Positions 1-11,192 of a stretch of 64,000 nt of DNA are shown one piece after another. The position numbers and the translations under genes were made by a program. The stretch is taken from NCBI GenBank assembly GCA_965237675.1, contig OZ250150.1:4288001-4352000 (forward strand), read 5' to 3'. How positions within the stretch are numbered: position 1 is the stretch's first letter; each line of letters begins with the position of its first letter. Below the pieces are notes generated by a model. The model had not been told where the DNA came from. It made no database searches and was given only the letters and a program-made list of their open reading frames with translations. The DNA comes from Candidatus Latescibacterota bacterium. GTDB lineage: Bacteria; Latescibacterota; UBA2968; GCA-2709665.

Positions 1-489
1 GACGTGGTCGTTCTCGGTGTAGACGAAGTTCCGGCCGCATTTCATGCGCGGCGCAGCGCGAGCCGTCGAACCTACCTGTACCGAATCGTCTACCGGCGCC
101 GGGCCATTGGCCGCGGCCAGGCGTGGCACCTGCGCAGCAGGCTGGATATCGATGCGATGAGGTCCGCGGCGAGGCGAACGGTGGGCTATCAAGACTTCAC
201 GTCGTTCTGCGTGGCTGCAGCGGAGAAGGAGAACCGGAACTGCCGCGTCTTCGAGTGCACTCTGGCCACCATCGACGACTCCGTGCACGTCGAGATCTCG
301 GCTGACCGCTTTCTGCGGTCTATGGTGCGTGGTATTGTGGGCACCCTGGTTCAGGTGGGAAGAGGCAGCCGTGCACCCGATGCGATGAGCCAGATACTGC
401 AGGCCCGAGATAGGCGAAGTGCGGGTCCAAATGCCCCCCCGCAGGGCCTTTTCTTAAAAAAAGTTTTTTACGAAGACCCGGAAGAGTAG
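1..489 (+). CDS. truA: tRNA pseudouridine(38-40) synthase TruA, 5'-truncated by window edge
   Basis: FHAR..A..RTYLYRI, DFTSF, FLRSMVRGIVGTL and AGPNAPPQGLFL motifs. Confidence 0.93.
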   Translation, partial: DVVVLGVDEVPAAFHARRSASRRTYLYRIVYRRRAIGRGQAWHLRSRLDIDAMRSAARRTVGYQDFTSFCVAAAEKENRNCRVFECTLATIDDSVHVEISADRFLRSMVRGIVGTLVQVGRGSRAPDAMSQILQARDRRSAGPNAPPQGLFLKKVFYEDPEE

Positions 490-492
490 GCC

Positions 493-1650
493 GTGCGGCG
501 ACCGGTTAGGATCTTTCTTGGAAGCGTCTTTGCGGCATTGTTTCTGGCATTTGCTGCCGAAGACCAACACGCGGTGGCGTCCCCGCCTTCCGCCGCCGGG
601 CTCGAAATCGACGCTTCCAGAAAAAACGCCATCGTCCGGGCCGTCGAAAAAGTGGCGCCCTCGGTCGTCGGGGTAACCACCGTTACCCTGGAACGATACG
701 ACGTGCAGTACGTGCATCCGTTTTTCGATTTCTATTCCTATCCGGGAATCGTCCACGGAAAACGGCGGGGAATCGGGTCCGGCGTTGTGATCCGACCGGA
801 CGGATATATACTCACCAACTACCACGTCGTCGATGGTGCGCGGGAAATCACGGTCACGTTCTCGGATGGCCGGAGCTTTGAGGTTCAGGACACGCGCAAA
901 GACGTGATGGTCGACCGAGGCGCCGATCTGGCGGTCATACGCGTGAACGCAAGAGATCTCCCGGTTCCGGAGCTGGGAGATTCCAGAGATGTCATTATCG
1001 GCGAATGGGCAATCGCCATCGGCAACCCCTTTGGCCTGTCGATTGAAGATCCCGAACCAACCGTCACCGTAGGCGTCGTGAGCGCGGTGAACCGCAATCT
1101 GCGACTGCAACAGGATGAGGGCGGCCGTTCCTATTCCAACATGATCCAGACCGACGCCTCCATCAATCCGGGTAACAGCGGAGGACCCCTGGTCAACGGC
1201 GTCGGCCAGGTCATCGGTATCAACACCTTTATCTTCACAAAAGGCGGGGGTTCCCTCGGCATCGGATTCGCCCTCCCCATCAACCGGGCAAAAAAAATCG
1301 CCGACCGGCTGATGGAAGGGGGAGTTCAAACGTTTTGGACAGGTTTCGAGTTGCACCGGAAACTGACGCGCGGGCTGGCGAATGCGCTGGGGTTAATCAC
1401 CCATCGCGGCGCCCTCATCACGGGTGTGGCAGACAACAGCCCGGCCTCTCGAGCAAGGCTGAACCCCGGCGACCTCATCATCTCGGTGAACGGTCACGCT
1501 GTCCGAAGCGCCGATGACGTCGACAGGATCTTCGAAGACGCACGTGTCGGGGACACCCTTACATTGAATATTCTACGCGGCAGGCTGAGCTTCACAACCC
1601 GTCTGCTGCCGGAACAGACGCCCGCTGGCCAACCTAGACCCCACAAATAA
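493..1650 (+). CDS. htrA: HtrA/DegP-family serine protease (trypsin domain + one PDZ)
   Basis: Signal peptide; TNYHVV, DLAVI and IQTDASINPGNSGGPL triad motifs; C-terminal PDZ (SPASRARLNPGDLIISVNG). Confidence 0.92.
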   Translation: MRRPVRIFLGSVFAALFLAFAAEDQHAVASPPSAAGLEIDASRKNAIVRAVEKVAPSVVGVTTVTLERYDVQYVHPFFDFYSYPGIVHGKRRGIGSGVVIRPDGYILTNYHVVDGAREITVTFSDGRSFEVQDTRKDVMVDRGADLAVIRVNARDLPVPELGDSRDVIIGEWAIAIGNPFGLSIEDPEPTVTVGVVSAVNRNLRLQQDEGGRSYSNMIQTDASINPGNSGGPLVNGVGQVIGINTFIFTKGGGSLGIGFALPINRAKKIADRLMEGGVQTFWTGFELHRKLTRGLANALGLITHRGALITGVADNSPASRARLNPGDLIISVNGHAVRSADDVDRIFEDARVGDTLTLNILRGRLSFTTRLLPEQTPAGQPRPHK

Positions 1651-1678
1651 GAATCCCAAATACCGGAGCCATTCCGAC

Positions 1679-2395
1679 ATGAGAAAAAGGGCCGCCGTCC
1701 CGAGCATGGTTACGCTTTGCAATCTCTTTTGCGGTTTTCTTTCGATCACGTATGCCATGGATGGAAAGCTGGTACCTGCGGCATGGTTAATCGTTATCGC
1801 GGGGTTTCTCGATGCCTTCGACGGCAAACTCGCCCGGCTGATCGATTCGCCCAGCAACTTCGGCGTTCAGTTCGACTCCCTGGCCGATGTCTGCTCGTTT
1901 GGCGTGGCTCCGGCCGTACTGATGTTCCATTACTTCCAGGGTCTGCTGGATGCCGTGTGGATGCCGTTCGCAGCCTGCTTTCTGTTTCTGCTGTGTGGCG
2001 CGCTGCGCCTGGCAAGGTTCAATGTAGAACTCAAAGGAGACGATAAGGAGGACTTTGTCGGCCTTCCCATTCCCTCGGCCGCCGCAACGATGGCGGCTTA
2101 TGTCGTCTTTGCCGAACGGGTCTGGCAGAGCACCCGCGAACCCCATGTCGCCCTCCTGTTGTGCGTTGTTCTGGGTCTTCTGATGATCAGTCAGTTCGGA
2201 TATCCCGCCTTTCCCCGGTTCAGCATTGAAACCCGGAGGGACCGCTGGAGACTGGCGATCGCTCTTGCCGCGTTCATTCCTGTCGCGCTGTTCCCGGATG
2301 AGGCATTTTTTCCCATCGCGTTCGCATTCTCAATCTCCGGCGCCGTTCGGTGGCTGTCGCACCTGATTGTACAAAGAGAAGTGGCAGATATCTGA
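1679..2395 (+). CDS. pssA: CDP-diacylglycerol--serine O-phosphatidyltransferase
   Basis: DAFDGKLAR...FGVQFDSLADVCSFGVAP CDP-alcohol phosphotransferase motif; ALRLARFN; FVGLPIP. Confidence 0.92.
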   Translation: MRKRAAVPSMVTLCNLFCGFLSITYAMDGKLVPAAWLIVIAGFLDAFDGKLARLIDSPSNFGVQFDSLADVCSFGVAPAVLMFHYFQGLLDAVWMPFAACFLFLLCGALRLARFNVELKGDDKEDFVGLPIPSAAATMAAYVVFAERVWQSTREPHVALLLCVVLGLLMISQFGYPAFPRFSIETRRDRWRLAIALAAFIPVALFPDEAFFPIAFAFSISGAVRWLSHLIVQREVADI

Positions 2396-2427
2396 AACGA
2401 CTTGGAACCTGAGTGGAGCGAAAGTCG

Positions 2428-2709
2428 ATGAAGAACAAAAGCGTCGGTCTGTTGATCGTTGCGATCTTCCTGGGCATTCTCGCAAGCCAGATCTTCGGCG
2501 CATTTTTGAACGTGGTCCTGGGCAGCCTCGGCCTGGAAAATAACATGGTGTCCAAGGTGCTTGTGGATCCTCTGTTTACCTATGAATTCTACCCGATGCG
2601 CTTGAATCTGCTGGTAATGACGCTCACACTGGGCTTTTCGCTCAACTTCAACGTACTCAGCCTGATCGGCATGGGAACGGCATACTATTACGTCAAATAT
2701 TCCTACTGA
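2428..2709 (+). CDS. DUF4321-like small membrane protein
   Basis: Hydrophobic ~93 aa with LNLLVMTLTLGFSLNFNVLSLIG, typical of DUF4321. Confidence 0.6.
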   Translation: MKNKSVGLLIVAIFLGILASQIFGAFLNVVLGSLGLENNMVSKVLVDPLFTYEFYPMRLNLLVMTLTLGFSLNFNVLSLIGMGTAYYYVKYSY

Positions 2710-2832
2710 TTGATCGCTGAGTCGGTTCGCTACCCGGGTCGAGCCGCCCCGTTACGCAACATGGCGCCGATAGGCGCCGACCGGGGTCGCCGAATGAATG
2801 GACGTCCGATCTTCACAAATACGAGGTGATTC

Positions 2833-3057
2833 ATGCTGGGTGGAATCGGAACATGGGAAATTCTCCTGATTTTCCTGGTCATCCTGCTGCTGTTCGGGGC
2901 CAAACGCATACCCGATATTGCCAAGAGCGTGGGGAAAGGGGTTACGGAATTCAAAAGAGGCCTTCGAGACATCCAGGATGAAATCGAGACCGGAGTTGAT
3001 CCACCCTCCAAATCCGAAGGCAAGGCGCCGGATACGGAAAAAACCGCCAAACCGTAG
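2833..3057 (+). CDS. tatA: Twin-arginine translocase TatA/E subunit
   Basis: GIGTWEILLIFLVILLLFGAKRIPDIAKSVGKGVTEFK; RBS GAGGTG. Confidence 0.93.
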   Translation: MLGGIGTWEILLIFLVILLLFGAKRIPDIAKSVGKGVTEFKRGLRDIQDEIETGVDPPSKSEGKAPDTEKTAKP

Positions 3058-3069
3058 CAGGGAGGTAAG

Positions 3070-4530
3070 GTGGCAGTTTCCGGGAAGCCACTGAACGAAC
3101 GGCCCGCCCACGAACTGACGGCGTCGATTCTTTCGGGTGAGATCACGTCCAGACAGCTCGTCGAGGCCGTTTTCAATTGTATTCGCGCGACGGATCCGGC
3201 GATCAACACCTACATCACCCTGAACGAAACCGACGCGATCCGCAAAGCAGAGGAAGTAGACGCCAGGATATCGGCCGGAGATCCTGTCGGTTCGCTGGCG
3301 GGCATTCCGGTTGCACTGAAGGACCTGCTTTGCACCCGGGGTTTGCTCACCACTGCCGGTTCCCGCATACTCCAGAACTTCATTCCCCCCTACGACGCGA
3401 CTGCCGTCGTGCGCCTGCGCGAGGCCGACGCGGTAATCGTTGGCAAACTCAACATGGATGAGTTTGCCATGGGTTCGTCCAACGAAAACTCGGCGTACGG
3501 ACCCGTGCGAAATCCCCACGATCCGACGTGCGTTCCCGGCGGTTCCAGCGGAGGAAGCGCCGCCAGCGTAGCCGCCAATCAGACGGTGCTTGCCCTGGGT
3601 ACGGATACAGGTGGATCCATCCGCCTGCCCGCCTCCTTCTGTGGTGTGGTCGGTCTCAAACCCACCTACGGTCGCGTCTCCCGCTACGGCCTCGTCGCCT
3701 ACGCGTCCTCGCTGGACCAGATTGGTCCCCTCGCGCGGAACGTCAGGGACGCCGCCCTCCTTCTGAACATCATTGCCGGGCACGACCCGCGCGATTCAAC
3801 GTCGGTAGATCTGCCCGTACCGGACTACACGGCGAGGCTGGACGTCGGCGTGTCTGGCCTGACCATCGGTCTTCCGACGGGATATTTCGGCGAAGGACTG
3901 GACGACGATGTAAGAGAATCCATTGCCGGCAGCGTTAAAGTCCTGGAAAACGCCGGGGCTGAAATCCGAGAGATCGACCTCCCCGTAGCCTGCCATCCGG
4001 CCTACTCCATCGCCGCCTATTACATCATCGCCACCGGAGAAGCATCCTCGAACCTCTCGCGGTATGACGGTGTCAAGTACGGCATGCGAGCGGAAGGCGT
4101 CGACCTGATCGATATGTATTGCCGAACCCGCAGCGTCGGGTTCGGCGCTGAGGTCAAACGGCGCATTATGCTGGGTACCTATGCCCTCAGCGCGGGCTAT
4201 TACGATGCCTACTACCTGAAAGCCCAACGGGTCCGAACACTTATCAAGCAAGATTTCGACCGGGCCTTCGAAACCTGCGACCTGCTCGCCGCACCCGTGT
4301 CGCCGACCCCGGCTTTCCGCATCGGCGCAAAAATCGATGACCCGCTTCAGATGTACCTTTCCGATATCTACACCGTTTCGGTCAACCTCGCCGGCCTTCC
4401 GGGTATTTCGGTACCATGCGGCCTTTCGTCAGAAGGTTTACCCATTGGGCTGCAACTGCTGGCGCCGGCCTTCAAAGAAGACGTACTCCTCAAGGCAGCA
4501 TACGTGGTCGAACAGGAGTTGGCCGGATGA
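3070..4530 (+). CDS. gatA: Asp/Glu-tRNA amidotransferase subunit A
   Basis: Amidase signature [21 protein letters not shown]; [25 protein letters not shown]. Confidence 0.97.
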   Translation: MAVSGKPLNERPAHELTASILSGEITSRQLVEAVFNCIRATDPAINTYITLNETDAIRKAEEVDARISAGDPVGSLAGIPVALKDLLCTRGLLTTAGSRILQNFIPPYDATAVVRLREADAVIVGKLNMDEFAMGSSNENSAYGPVRNPHDPTCVPGGSSGGSAASVAANQTVLALGTDTGGSIRLPASFCGVVGLKPTYGRVSRYGLVAYASSLDQIGPLARNVRDAALLLNIIAGHDPRDSTSVDLPVPDYTARLDVGVSGLTIGLPTGYFGEGLDDDVRESIAGSVKVLENAGAEIREIDLPVACHPAYSIAAYYIIATGEASSNLSRYDGVKYGMRAEGVDLIDMYCRTRSVGFGAEVKRRIMLGTYALSAGYYDAYYLKAQRVRTLIKQDFDRAFETCDLLAAPVSPTPAFRIGAKIDDPLQMYLSDIYTVSVNLAGLPGISVPCGLSSEGLPIGLQLLAPAFKEDVLLKAAYVVEQELAG

Positions 4531-5993
4531 AGTACGAATCCGTCATCGGTCTGGAGGTGCACGCCCAGCTTGCCACGCAAACCAAGATATTCTGCGGTTG
4601 CAGCGTGGCGTTCGGCGCGGAAGCCAATTCACGTACCTGTCCGGTCTGCCTGGGATTGCCCGGAGCGCTACCCGTGTTGAACCGCGAGGCGGTAGAGCGC
4701 GCCATACGCATTGCCCTGGCGGTTGGCTGTACCATCCAGCGGCGAAGTCGCTTTTTGAGGAAGAACTATTTCTACCCCGATCTGCCGAAGGGGTATCAGA
4801 TTTCCCAGTTCCAGTCCAACGACGAGATGCCCCTGGCCACGGGCGGCGGTATCGAGATTCCTTCCAAAAACGGTACAAAGACCGTCCGCCTCATTCGCAT
4901 ACATATGGAAGAAGACGCGGGCAAGAGCATCCACGAAGAGGCGTTTGTGGCCGCCGGCGAATCGCTGGTGGACGTCAACCGCTGCGGGGTCCCGCTCATC
5001 GAACTCGTCAGCGAACCGGATATCGCTTCCCCCGAGGAAGCATCCCATTTCATGTCCCGTCTGCGGCAGATACTGATCTATACGGGGGTTTCAGAAGGGG
5101 ACATGGAAAAGGGCCAACTCCGCATCGACGCCAACGTATCGATCCGTCCGGTCGGCACGGCCGGGCTCGGCACCAAGGTGGAGATCAAGAACATGAACTC
5201 CATCCGCAACTGCCGGCGCGCGCTTGAGGCCGAAATCCTTCGCCAGATAGACACGTTGGAGGCCGGCGGCGAAATCATACAGGAAACCCTGCTTTACGAT
5301 CCGGACCGCAACCAGTTGCGCGCCATGCGAGGCAAGGAATCTTCTGACGACTATCGCTATTTCCCCGATCCGGACCTGGTCTCGATCGTCGTCGACAGGG
5401 AATGGATCAACCGGACGGGTGGTACCGTTCCAGAATTGCCGGAAGCGAAACGCGCGCGCTTCGAGTCAGACTACGCCCTCAGGACCGATCAGGTCGAGAC
5501 CCTGATCGCCGACCGGAACGTGGCCGATTATTATGAAGCTACGGTGTCGGCGGGGGCACGGCCCACGACGGCTGCAAATTGGGTTCAGGGCGACGTCCTT
5601 CGGACCCTCAACGAGCGCAAAATTGACATCGATGAACTCAAGGCGACGCCGGAACATCTCGCCGCGCTGCTGAAATTGATCGACGCCGGTACCATCAGCG
5701 CCGGTATCGCGAGGACCGTCTTTGCCCAGATGGCGGAAACCGGCGCCTCCCCCGAATCCGTCGTCGAACGGAAGGAACTCGCGCAGATCAGCGATTCCGC
5801 CCAGATCGAGGGTCTGATCGAAAAAGTCGTTTCGGAACACCCCGAAGCAGCCGACCGATACAGGAAAGGCGACCGGAAACTGCTGGGTTTCTTTATGGGG
5901 CAGGTCATGAAGGCCACAAGGGGCCAGGCGAACCCCAGAGTGGCGAACCAGCTGTTGCGCCAAAAGTTGGAGGATGGGAACGCCCGAGGCTGA
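4527..5993 (+). CDS. gatB: Asp/Glu-tRNA amidotransferase subunit B
   Basis: [43 protein letters not shown]; ATGA overlap with gatA stop. Confidence 0.97.
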   Translation: MKYESVIGLEVHAQLATQTKIFCGCSVAFGAEANSRTCPVCLGLPGALPVLNREAVERAIRIALAVGCTIQRRSRFLRKNYFYPDLPKGYQISQFQSNDEMPLATGGGIEIPSKNGTKTVRLIRIHMEEDAGKSIHEEAFVAAGESLVDVNRCGVPLIELVSEPDIASPEEASHFMSRLRQILIYTGVSEGDMEKGQLRIDANVSIRPVGTAGLGTKVEIKNMNSIRNCRRALEAEILRQIDTLEAGGEIIQETLLYDPDRNQLRAMRGKESSDDYRYFPDPDLVSIVVDREWINRTGGTVPELPEAKRARFESDYALRTDQVETLIADRNVADYYEATVSAGARPTTAANWVQGDVLRTLNERKIDIDELKATPEHLAALLKLIDAGTISAGIARTVFAQMAETGASPESVVERKELAQISDSAQIEGLIEKVVSEHPEAADRYRKGDRKLLGFFMGQVMKATRGQANPRVANQLLRQKLEDGNARG

Positions 5994-6140
5994 ATCGGCG
6001 TCGCACCGGGTCAACCAGACGCTGAGACGGCCACATCAGGACCGCCCGAACGTTATCGCCCAAGCCCGCACGACGAGCGGGACCCCACCGCCGTTCTCTT
6101 GAATCCGGCCCTTCCTTACCGGCATTGAACAGGTATCCCA

Positions 6141-6833
6141 ATGCAAGAAGCCGTGAGCGCCTATCTCGTTATCTTCGCAAGGAACCCCGTACCCGGCGCG
6201 GTTAAGACCCGTCTTCATTCCCGGTACACGCCGGAACAGACGGCGGCGATCTACCGTGCCTTCATCCGGGACACGGTAAATACGGCCAAAAAAGCCGCCG
6301 TCGACCGGCGCTGTATGGCCTGCGATCCCCCGGGGGCAGAAACCGAACTCTCTGTTCTTTGTGGAACGGATTGGGACCTCTTCCCGCAGGTCGCCGCCGA
6401 CCTGGGCGAACGCATGTACCGAGCGGGCCGCCACTGCTTCGATGTGGGCGCCCAACGCGTTGTGATCCTGGGAACCGACGTTCCTTCGCTGCCACCCTGC
6501 CACATCGATCGGGCATTCGAACTCCTGGCTCGGAACGAGATCGTGCTCGGACCGAGCATGGACGGCGGCTATTATCTCGTTGGCCTTTCAAGACCCATCC
6601 ACGAGATCTTCCTTAATATCGCCTGGAGCACCGAGCACGTGTTCGCTCGGACGCTCGAAAGGGCCGAGGCCCTCGGTCTCACCGTCGGCGTCGTACCGTC
6701 CTGGTACGACGTGGACACACCGGAGCAACTGGACCATCTTGTTGGCCACACGAGCGCGCACATCCGGTCCGGTAAGGCAGACCCCATTCCTTTCACCCGT
6801 GCGTGCCTCTCAACCCTGGCCCGCCTCGACTAA
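6141..6833 (+). CDS. DUF2064 / TIGR04282-like glycosyltransferase (CofC-like fold)
   Basis: FARNPVPGAVKTRL, DLGERM, ILGTDVP, VLGPSMDGGYYLVG, WST, WYDVDT. Confidence 0.85.
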   Translation: MQEAVSAYLVIFARNPVPGAVKTRLHSRYTPEQTAAIYRAFIRDTVNTAKKAAVDRRCMACDPPGAETELSVLCGTDWDLFPQVAADLGERMYRAGRHCFDVGAQRVVILGTDVPSLPPCHIDRAFELLARNEIVLGPSMDGGYYLVGLSRPIHEIFLNIAWSTEHVFARTLERAEALGLTVGVVPSWYDVDTPEQLDHLVGHTSAHIRSGKADPIPFTRACLSTLARLD

Positions 6834-6883
6834 CGGACCAGAAGAAAGGGCAGAGGGCAGACCCGCCTTCAAACGGAAACCGC

Positions 6884-8026
6884 ATGAAAATTGCTCGAAT
6901 CGACCAGTTCTTCCCGCGGCCACGCACCCGCCTTCTCAGAATCACGACCGATAACGGCCTCGCAGGCTGGGGAGAAACCACCCTGGAAGGCAGACCCCGA
7001 AGCACCAGGGCCGCCGTTGAGGAACTTGCAGCCTATCTTACCGGCAAAGACCCGCTCCGTATCCAACACCACTGGCAGCATATCTACCGTTCCGCCTTCT
7101 ATCGTGGGGGCGCCGTCCTCATGACCGCGTTGGCGGGCATCGACCAGGCGCTCTGGGACATCGCCGGCAAACACTATGGCGTGCCGGTGCACCGGTTGCT
7201 TGGAGGGCCGGTCAGGGACCGCATTCGAGTCTACGCCCACTGGGGAATCAACAGCCTTACGGAAGAGGGGAAAGCGGCTGCGAGAAAACGCCTGGACAAC
7301 CTCCGGAAGAAGGGCGGCTATAAGGCCTTCAAGACCGGGCCCGGGGGCAAGTGGCGGGCGCATGAACCCCCCGCCGTCATCGATGAATTCGTCCACCGGG
7401 CGTACCTGATGCGGGAATGGGTGGGGCCCGATGTGGAACTCTGTTTCGACTTCCACGGCAAAATGACACCGGCACTGGCGGTTGAGATCTGCCAGGAACT
7501 CAAAGGCATGCGCCCGATGTTTGTGGAAGAACCCGTGCCACAGGAAAACGTGGACGCGCTCAAGCACGTTTCCGACTCCGTTCCCTTTCCCATCGCCACC
7601 GGTGAAAGGCTGCTGAGCCGATGGGAATTCCGGCGGATCTTCGAAAAACAGGCTGCGGCCTATATCCAGCCGGACGTTTCTCACGCCGGAGGCATTACCG
7701 AAACCCTTAAGATCGCCAACATGGCCGAAGTCTACTATATCCACATCATGCCGCATTGCGCCATCGGACCCGTCGCGTTCACGTCATGCCTGCACGTGGA
7801 CGCCGCCGTACCCAACTTCCTGATTCAGGAGCAGGTCGACGTGAGTCTTGGAGACGGTCTTCTGAAGAGTCCCTGGCAGGTGCAAGACGGACACATCCTG
7901 CTACCCACCGAACCCGGCCTCGGCATTGAACTCGACGAGCGTGAAGTCCGGAAAGAGAGTGATTACAGGGAGGAACTTGGCGGCGAATTTTACGACGAGT
8001 CGGACGGGAGCGTGGCCGACTGGTAG
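6884..8026 (+). CDS. dgoD: Galactonate dehydratase-like enolase (mandelate racemase subgroup)
   Basis: GWGETTLEG, FYRGG, ALAGIDQALWDIAGK, DFHG, FVEEP, IATGERL, QPDVSHAGGI; substrate not certain. Confidence 0.8.
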   Translation: MKIARIDQFFPRPRTRLLRITTDNGLAGWGETTLEGRPRSTRAAVEELAAYLTGKDPLRIQHHWQHIYRSAFYRGGAVLMTALAGIDQALWDIAGKHYGVPVHRLLGGPVRDRIRVYAHWGINSLTEEGKAAARKRLDNLRKKGGYKAFKTGPGGKWRAHEPPAVIDEFVHRAYLMREWVGPDVELCFDFHGKMTPALAVEICQELKGMRPMFVEEPVPQENVDALKHVSDSVPFPIATGERLLSRWEFRRIFEKQAAAYIQPDVSHAGGITETLKIANMAEVYYIHIMPHCAIGPVAFTSCLHVDAAVPNFLIQEQVDVSLGDGLLKSPWQVQDGHILLPTEPGLGIELDEREVRKESDYREELGGEFYDESDGSVADW

Positions 8027-8086
8027 GGGTGCTCCCCTCCGCCCGCCGACAGACCGGTTGCCAGTCTACTCGATGACGCTATCGAT

Positions 8087-9352
8087 CTACCGCCAGTGCC
8101 GGCGAACGGGCACGGGCACGACCGTGGTTTCCCAGTAGTCCTCCGGCAGATCCTGCCACGCTGCAACGGTCAGGGCGTCCCGGTCCCACACCACCTCCCC
8201 CTTCCGGAGCGTCAGCTTACACGCAAGGCGCTCGGACCCGTCTATACGTCCCCATCCGCAATCCCGGAAAGAACACGCCTCCTTGAGGTGGGCGAGCACG
8301 GCGACGTCCGCCTCCGCTCCAACCCGGAGGGTACCCAGATCCGGCCGGCGAATCGCCTGCGCCGGTGTCACGGTCGACCTGAAAATCACGTCCCGCAAGG
8401 GCATTCCCATCAAAATGCATTTGGTCATCGTGTCGGTCATACTCACCACAGACCCGTGGATGTTTCCCGTATGCAGGTCCGTGCTGATCGAGTCCGGCGG
8501 AAACCCGTCCGCAATGGCTCGCACACCATTGCGGAACCAGAAACTCGCCGCTCCGTGGCCCAGATCGAACCAGACACCTCTTTCCCTGGCTTTGAACAAG
8601 TAGTCCCGGACCCGCCCGTTCCCGTCGATAACGGGAAACTGCCGGGCGAAGACGTGCGTATGAATGTCGCCGGGACGCAGCTTTTCCAGAATCAGATCGG
8701 CGTAGGACCGCTCCGGGGGCCGGGGCCAGAAATCAACCATCACCGGCATCCCGCACAGGTCGCCCGCCTCCACCGCCCGCTCGACGGACTCCCATGGTGG
8801 ATGGTCCGCGTCAAACGGCTCTCGTGGCCAGTAGTGGGCCGTCTTGATGCCCACCACCACATCCCTGTGTTCCGTTGCGGCAGACGCCGCGCCCCCAACG
8901 TCGAACGTACGGATATCCTGCTCGGTATTTCCCATCCCGGGCGCGGAGATATTTACGTAGGCCAGGATCCGGCAGGTCTTTTTTTCAATCACCGTCTCCC
9001 TGAAGTGCAGGATTTCTTCACACCCCGCCGTCCCGGTATCCACGCAGGTCGTCACCCCATCGCTCAAGAAATGCGCATCCGCATTCAGACTGCCCGTAAA
9101 TTTTCCGGGCGCGGGGTTCAGCCGATTTTCGTAAGCGTGAACGTGGATATCGATCAGTCCCGGCGTCACAAGCAGGCCGGCAACATCGATGACATGCGCC
9201 GCCCCGTCCGACGCCAGCCCCTCCGTGACCGCTGCGATCTTTCCATCTCTAATGCCCACGTCCCGAACCCCGTCCACATCATTCGCCGGATCGATGACAT
9301 GACCGCCCTTCAGCAGCAGATCCAGCCGGACGTCTTCGTGTTTTGTTTCCAT
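8087..9352 (-). CDS. Amidohydrolase/deacetylase-family metallohydrolase (dihydroorotase-like)
   Basis: GGHVIDPAN, PGLIDIHVH, GVTTCVDTGTAG, DIHTH, FDLGHG, ISTDLH. Confidence 0.88.
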   Translation of the reverse strand: METKHEDVRLDLLLKGGHVIDPANDVDGVRDVGIRDGKIAAVTEGLASDGAAHVIDVAGLLVTPGLIDIHVHAYENRLNPAPGKFTGSLNADAHFLSDGVTTCVDTGTAGCEEILHFRETVIEKKTCRILAYVNISAPGMGNTEQDIRTFDVGGAASAATEHRDVVVGIKTAHYWPREPFDADHPPWESVERAVEAGDLCGMPVMVDFWPRPPERSYADLILEKLRPGDIHTHVFARQFPVIDGNGRVRDYLFKARERGVWFDLGHGAASFWFRNGVRAIADGFPPDSISTDLHTGNIHGSVVSMTDTMTKCILMGMPLRDVIFRSTVTPAQAIRRPDLGTLRVGAEADVAVLAHLKEACSFRDCGWGRIDGSERLACKLTLRKGEVVWDRDALTVAAWQDLPEDYWETTVVPVPVRRHWR

Positions 9353-9487
9353 CGCGCCTGCCTCCCGTTTGAGGTGAATCCACGACTCCCTACAATCCAG
9401 GTGCCTGAGACCGGCTGCCGGGGGACATGCCGGCGGCACAGGCTCCGGGTTTGTATAACGGCCGTGTCGCGGTCGAGGTATTGTCGA

Positions 9488-9858
9488 ACATGGATACGTC
9501 GCATGTTGTGGCATGGCAGATCTGGGGTATAAAATACTTCAACGCATTCAGGGATCCCTACAAATATGCACCCCTCGACGTCGCCGTCAACAACCGCCAA
9601 ACCCTCAGGAGGCCGGACGGCCCGCCTGACCACGACGCGGACGACGTTCTTTCATACAAAATGGAAAAAGGCGATCTGCTTTGGAATCAGTTACTCACCT
9701 CCCATTGGGTGCCTGCGGGTGACAGCGTCGCCGTGAGCGTTAACATCTCGCACGGCGGCATATCTTACGGTGGACAGTTCTGCCCCAACGAGACAGTCCT
9801 GAGAAAACGCTGGGAAACCCATCCCAAAGAAGCATGGCTTGTGGATACCCGCTACTGA
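9488..9858 (+). pseudogene. 3' half of the JmjC/cupin-like gene (duplicate of 12557-13348)
   Basis: MDTSHVVAWQIWG...WLVDTRY near-identical to the C-terminus of the 12557 protein; 5' half missing. Confidence 0.85.
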
Positions 9859-10005
9859 CAGAGCGCGACCTCATGAGTGAGCCTGCTGGCTGCGGCCACG
9901 GTCGCCCACAAGCCGGATACCGGACGTGCGCGCCTGTGGTTGACGTTTCAGCTCCGGCGTGAGACATGAGAACGTGGCGGCATTCAGTGGCAGCCACATC
10001 GTCAA

Positions 10006-10182
10006 TTGCATATGGCATACGGACAAAGAGACGCTCATCCGGTTTCAGGATGGCGCCGGCGTCTTCGAAATATCATATTTGAATCAGACACTCCGGCGGG
10101 CAACAGGTTCGACGTCCTGCTTATTGCCAGCATCATTCTGAGTGTACTGACCGTGATGCTGGACAGCATCGCCGCTGTGCGG
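10006..10182 (+). pseudogene. 5' fragment of the potassium channel gene (duplicate of 13496-14332)
   Basis: First ~58 codons match the 13496 protein, then diverge. Confidence 0.85.
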
Positions 10183-10231
10183 TTCGGGGGCACGAAGACG
10201 TTACACGACATGGGAAGACTGCGGCCAGAGC

Positions 10232-10267
10232 GCGCTCGCCGCCATCCACAACATTTGACAATATCTC
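10232..10267 (+). mobile_element. Isolated IS256-family right end
   Basis: GCGCTCGCCGCCATCCACAACATTTGACAATATCTC is the exact reverse complement of 42970-43005. Confidence 0.85.
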
Positions 10268-10280
10268 GTTTGGGGGCACA

Positions 10281-11192
10281 ATGTCTGATCATCGAATGAA
10301 TTTCCTAATCAGAGAAATGACAAAAGAGTTTCGAAACGTTTGTGCCAGCGTGGCAATGGTTGTCCGTACTGCCCCAAGTCAGACAGTGCGCCTGGTTGTC
10401 CTAACGCTAGGCCTCGGGTCAGGACCAGCTGCGATCCTGTACATTCAGAAGATAGTCATTGATGAAGTCGTGGAGCACAAGGACTATTCAGTTGATGCAT
10501 CTTTGTCAGTTGCTCTTATCGTGGGGATGATTGCCTTTGTTACATGCAATCTTCTGATGGACTCCATCGAGACGATTCAGGGATTCCGAGTGGGGATTTT
10601 TGGGCGGGTTGTTGAGGGCAGAATAAAGGAGAGGGTATATCATAAGATCGCAACGTTTAACGATATAGCACTTTTTGAGACACCCGAGCTATTGAACGAA
10701 CTCGAGCTTGCGCTTCGCGGAGTTGGTAGACTAGGGAGTCTTACCGCCGTAGTTGGGAATCTTTTGATCGGAACGTTCATGGTGATTCCTGTATTGGTTC
10801 TGTCAGCTTCGATCGAGTGGTGGGTTCCGATCGTGATTTTCGGCCTAATGGTGCCGTCTGTTTGTGTTCAGCTCTATTACGAACAAAAGGCGTGGAACGT
10901 AGAGGCGCGGCAAGCAAGTCTTCAAAGGCAGGTCGGGATCTTCGAAAGGATCCTGACTTCGAGGGAATTCGCAAAGGAGCTTCGGTTGTTCGGGATCCAG
11001 TCGTTGATCCTCGATCGTTGGAAGGATAAGTTTTGGTCTGCCTTCAGAGAAGGCTACGAGGTGACGAGGCGTGGAACTTATCAGATTCTATTTTGGTCGC
11101 TTCTCAGCGTTGTCGGAGTAGGTGCGCCGTTCGTGTACGTTGTGTTTTGCCTATTTGCCAAAGTGAGACAATCGGCGTGTTTTTGGAACTGA
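10281..11192 (+). pseudogene. ABC exporter permease domain fragment (no ATPase domain)
   Basis: Membrane-domain sequence with FETPE and AKELRLFG; ends before any Walker A; lower GC than flanks. Confidence 0.7.

Larger units (their letters stand above)
9488..10182. repeat. ~695-bp direct repeat, copy 1 of 12978-13672
   Basis: Near-identical (about 20 substitutions by eye) to 12978-13672. Confidence 0.95.

Noticed and set aside
4416-4526. N-terminal extension of gatB in the ORF track
   Set aside because: Overlaps gatA; the conserved start is the ATG at 4527.
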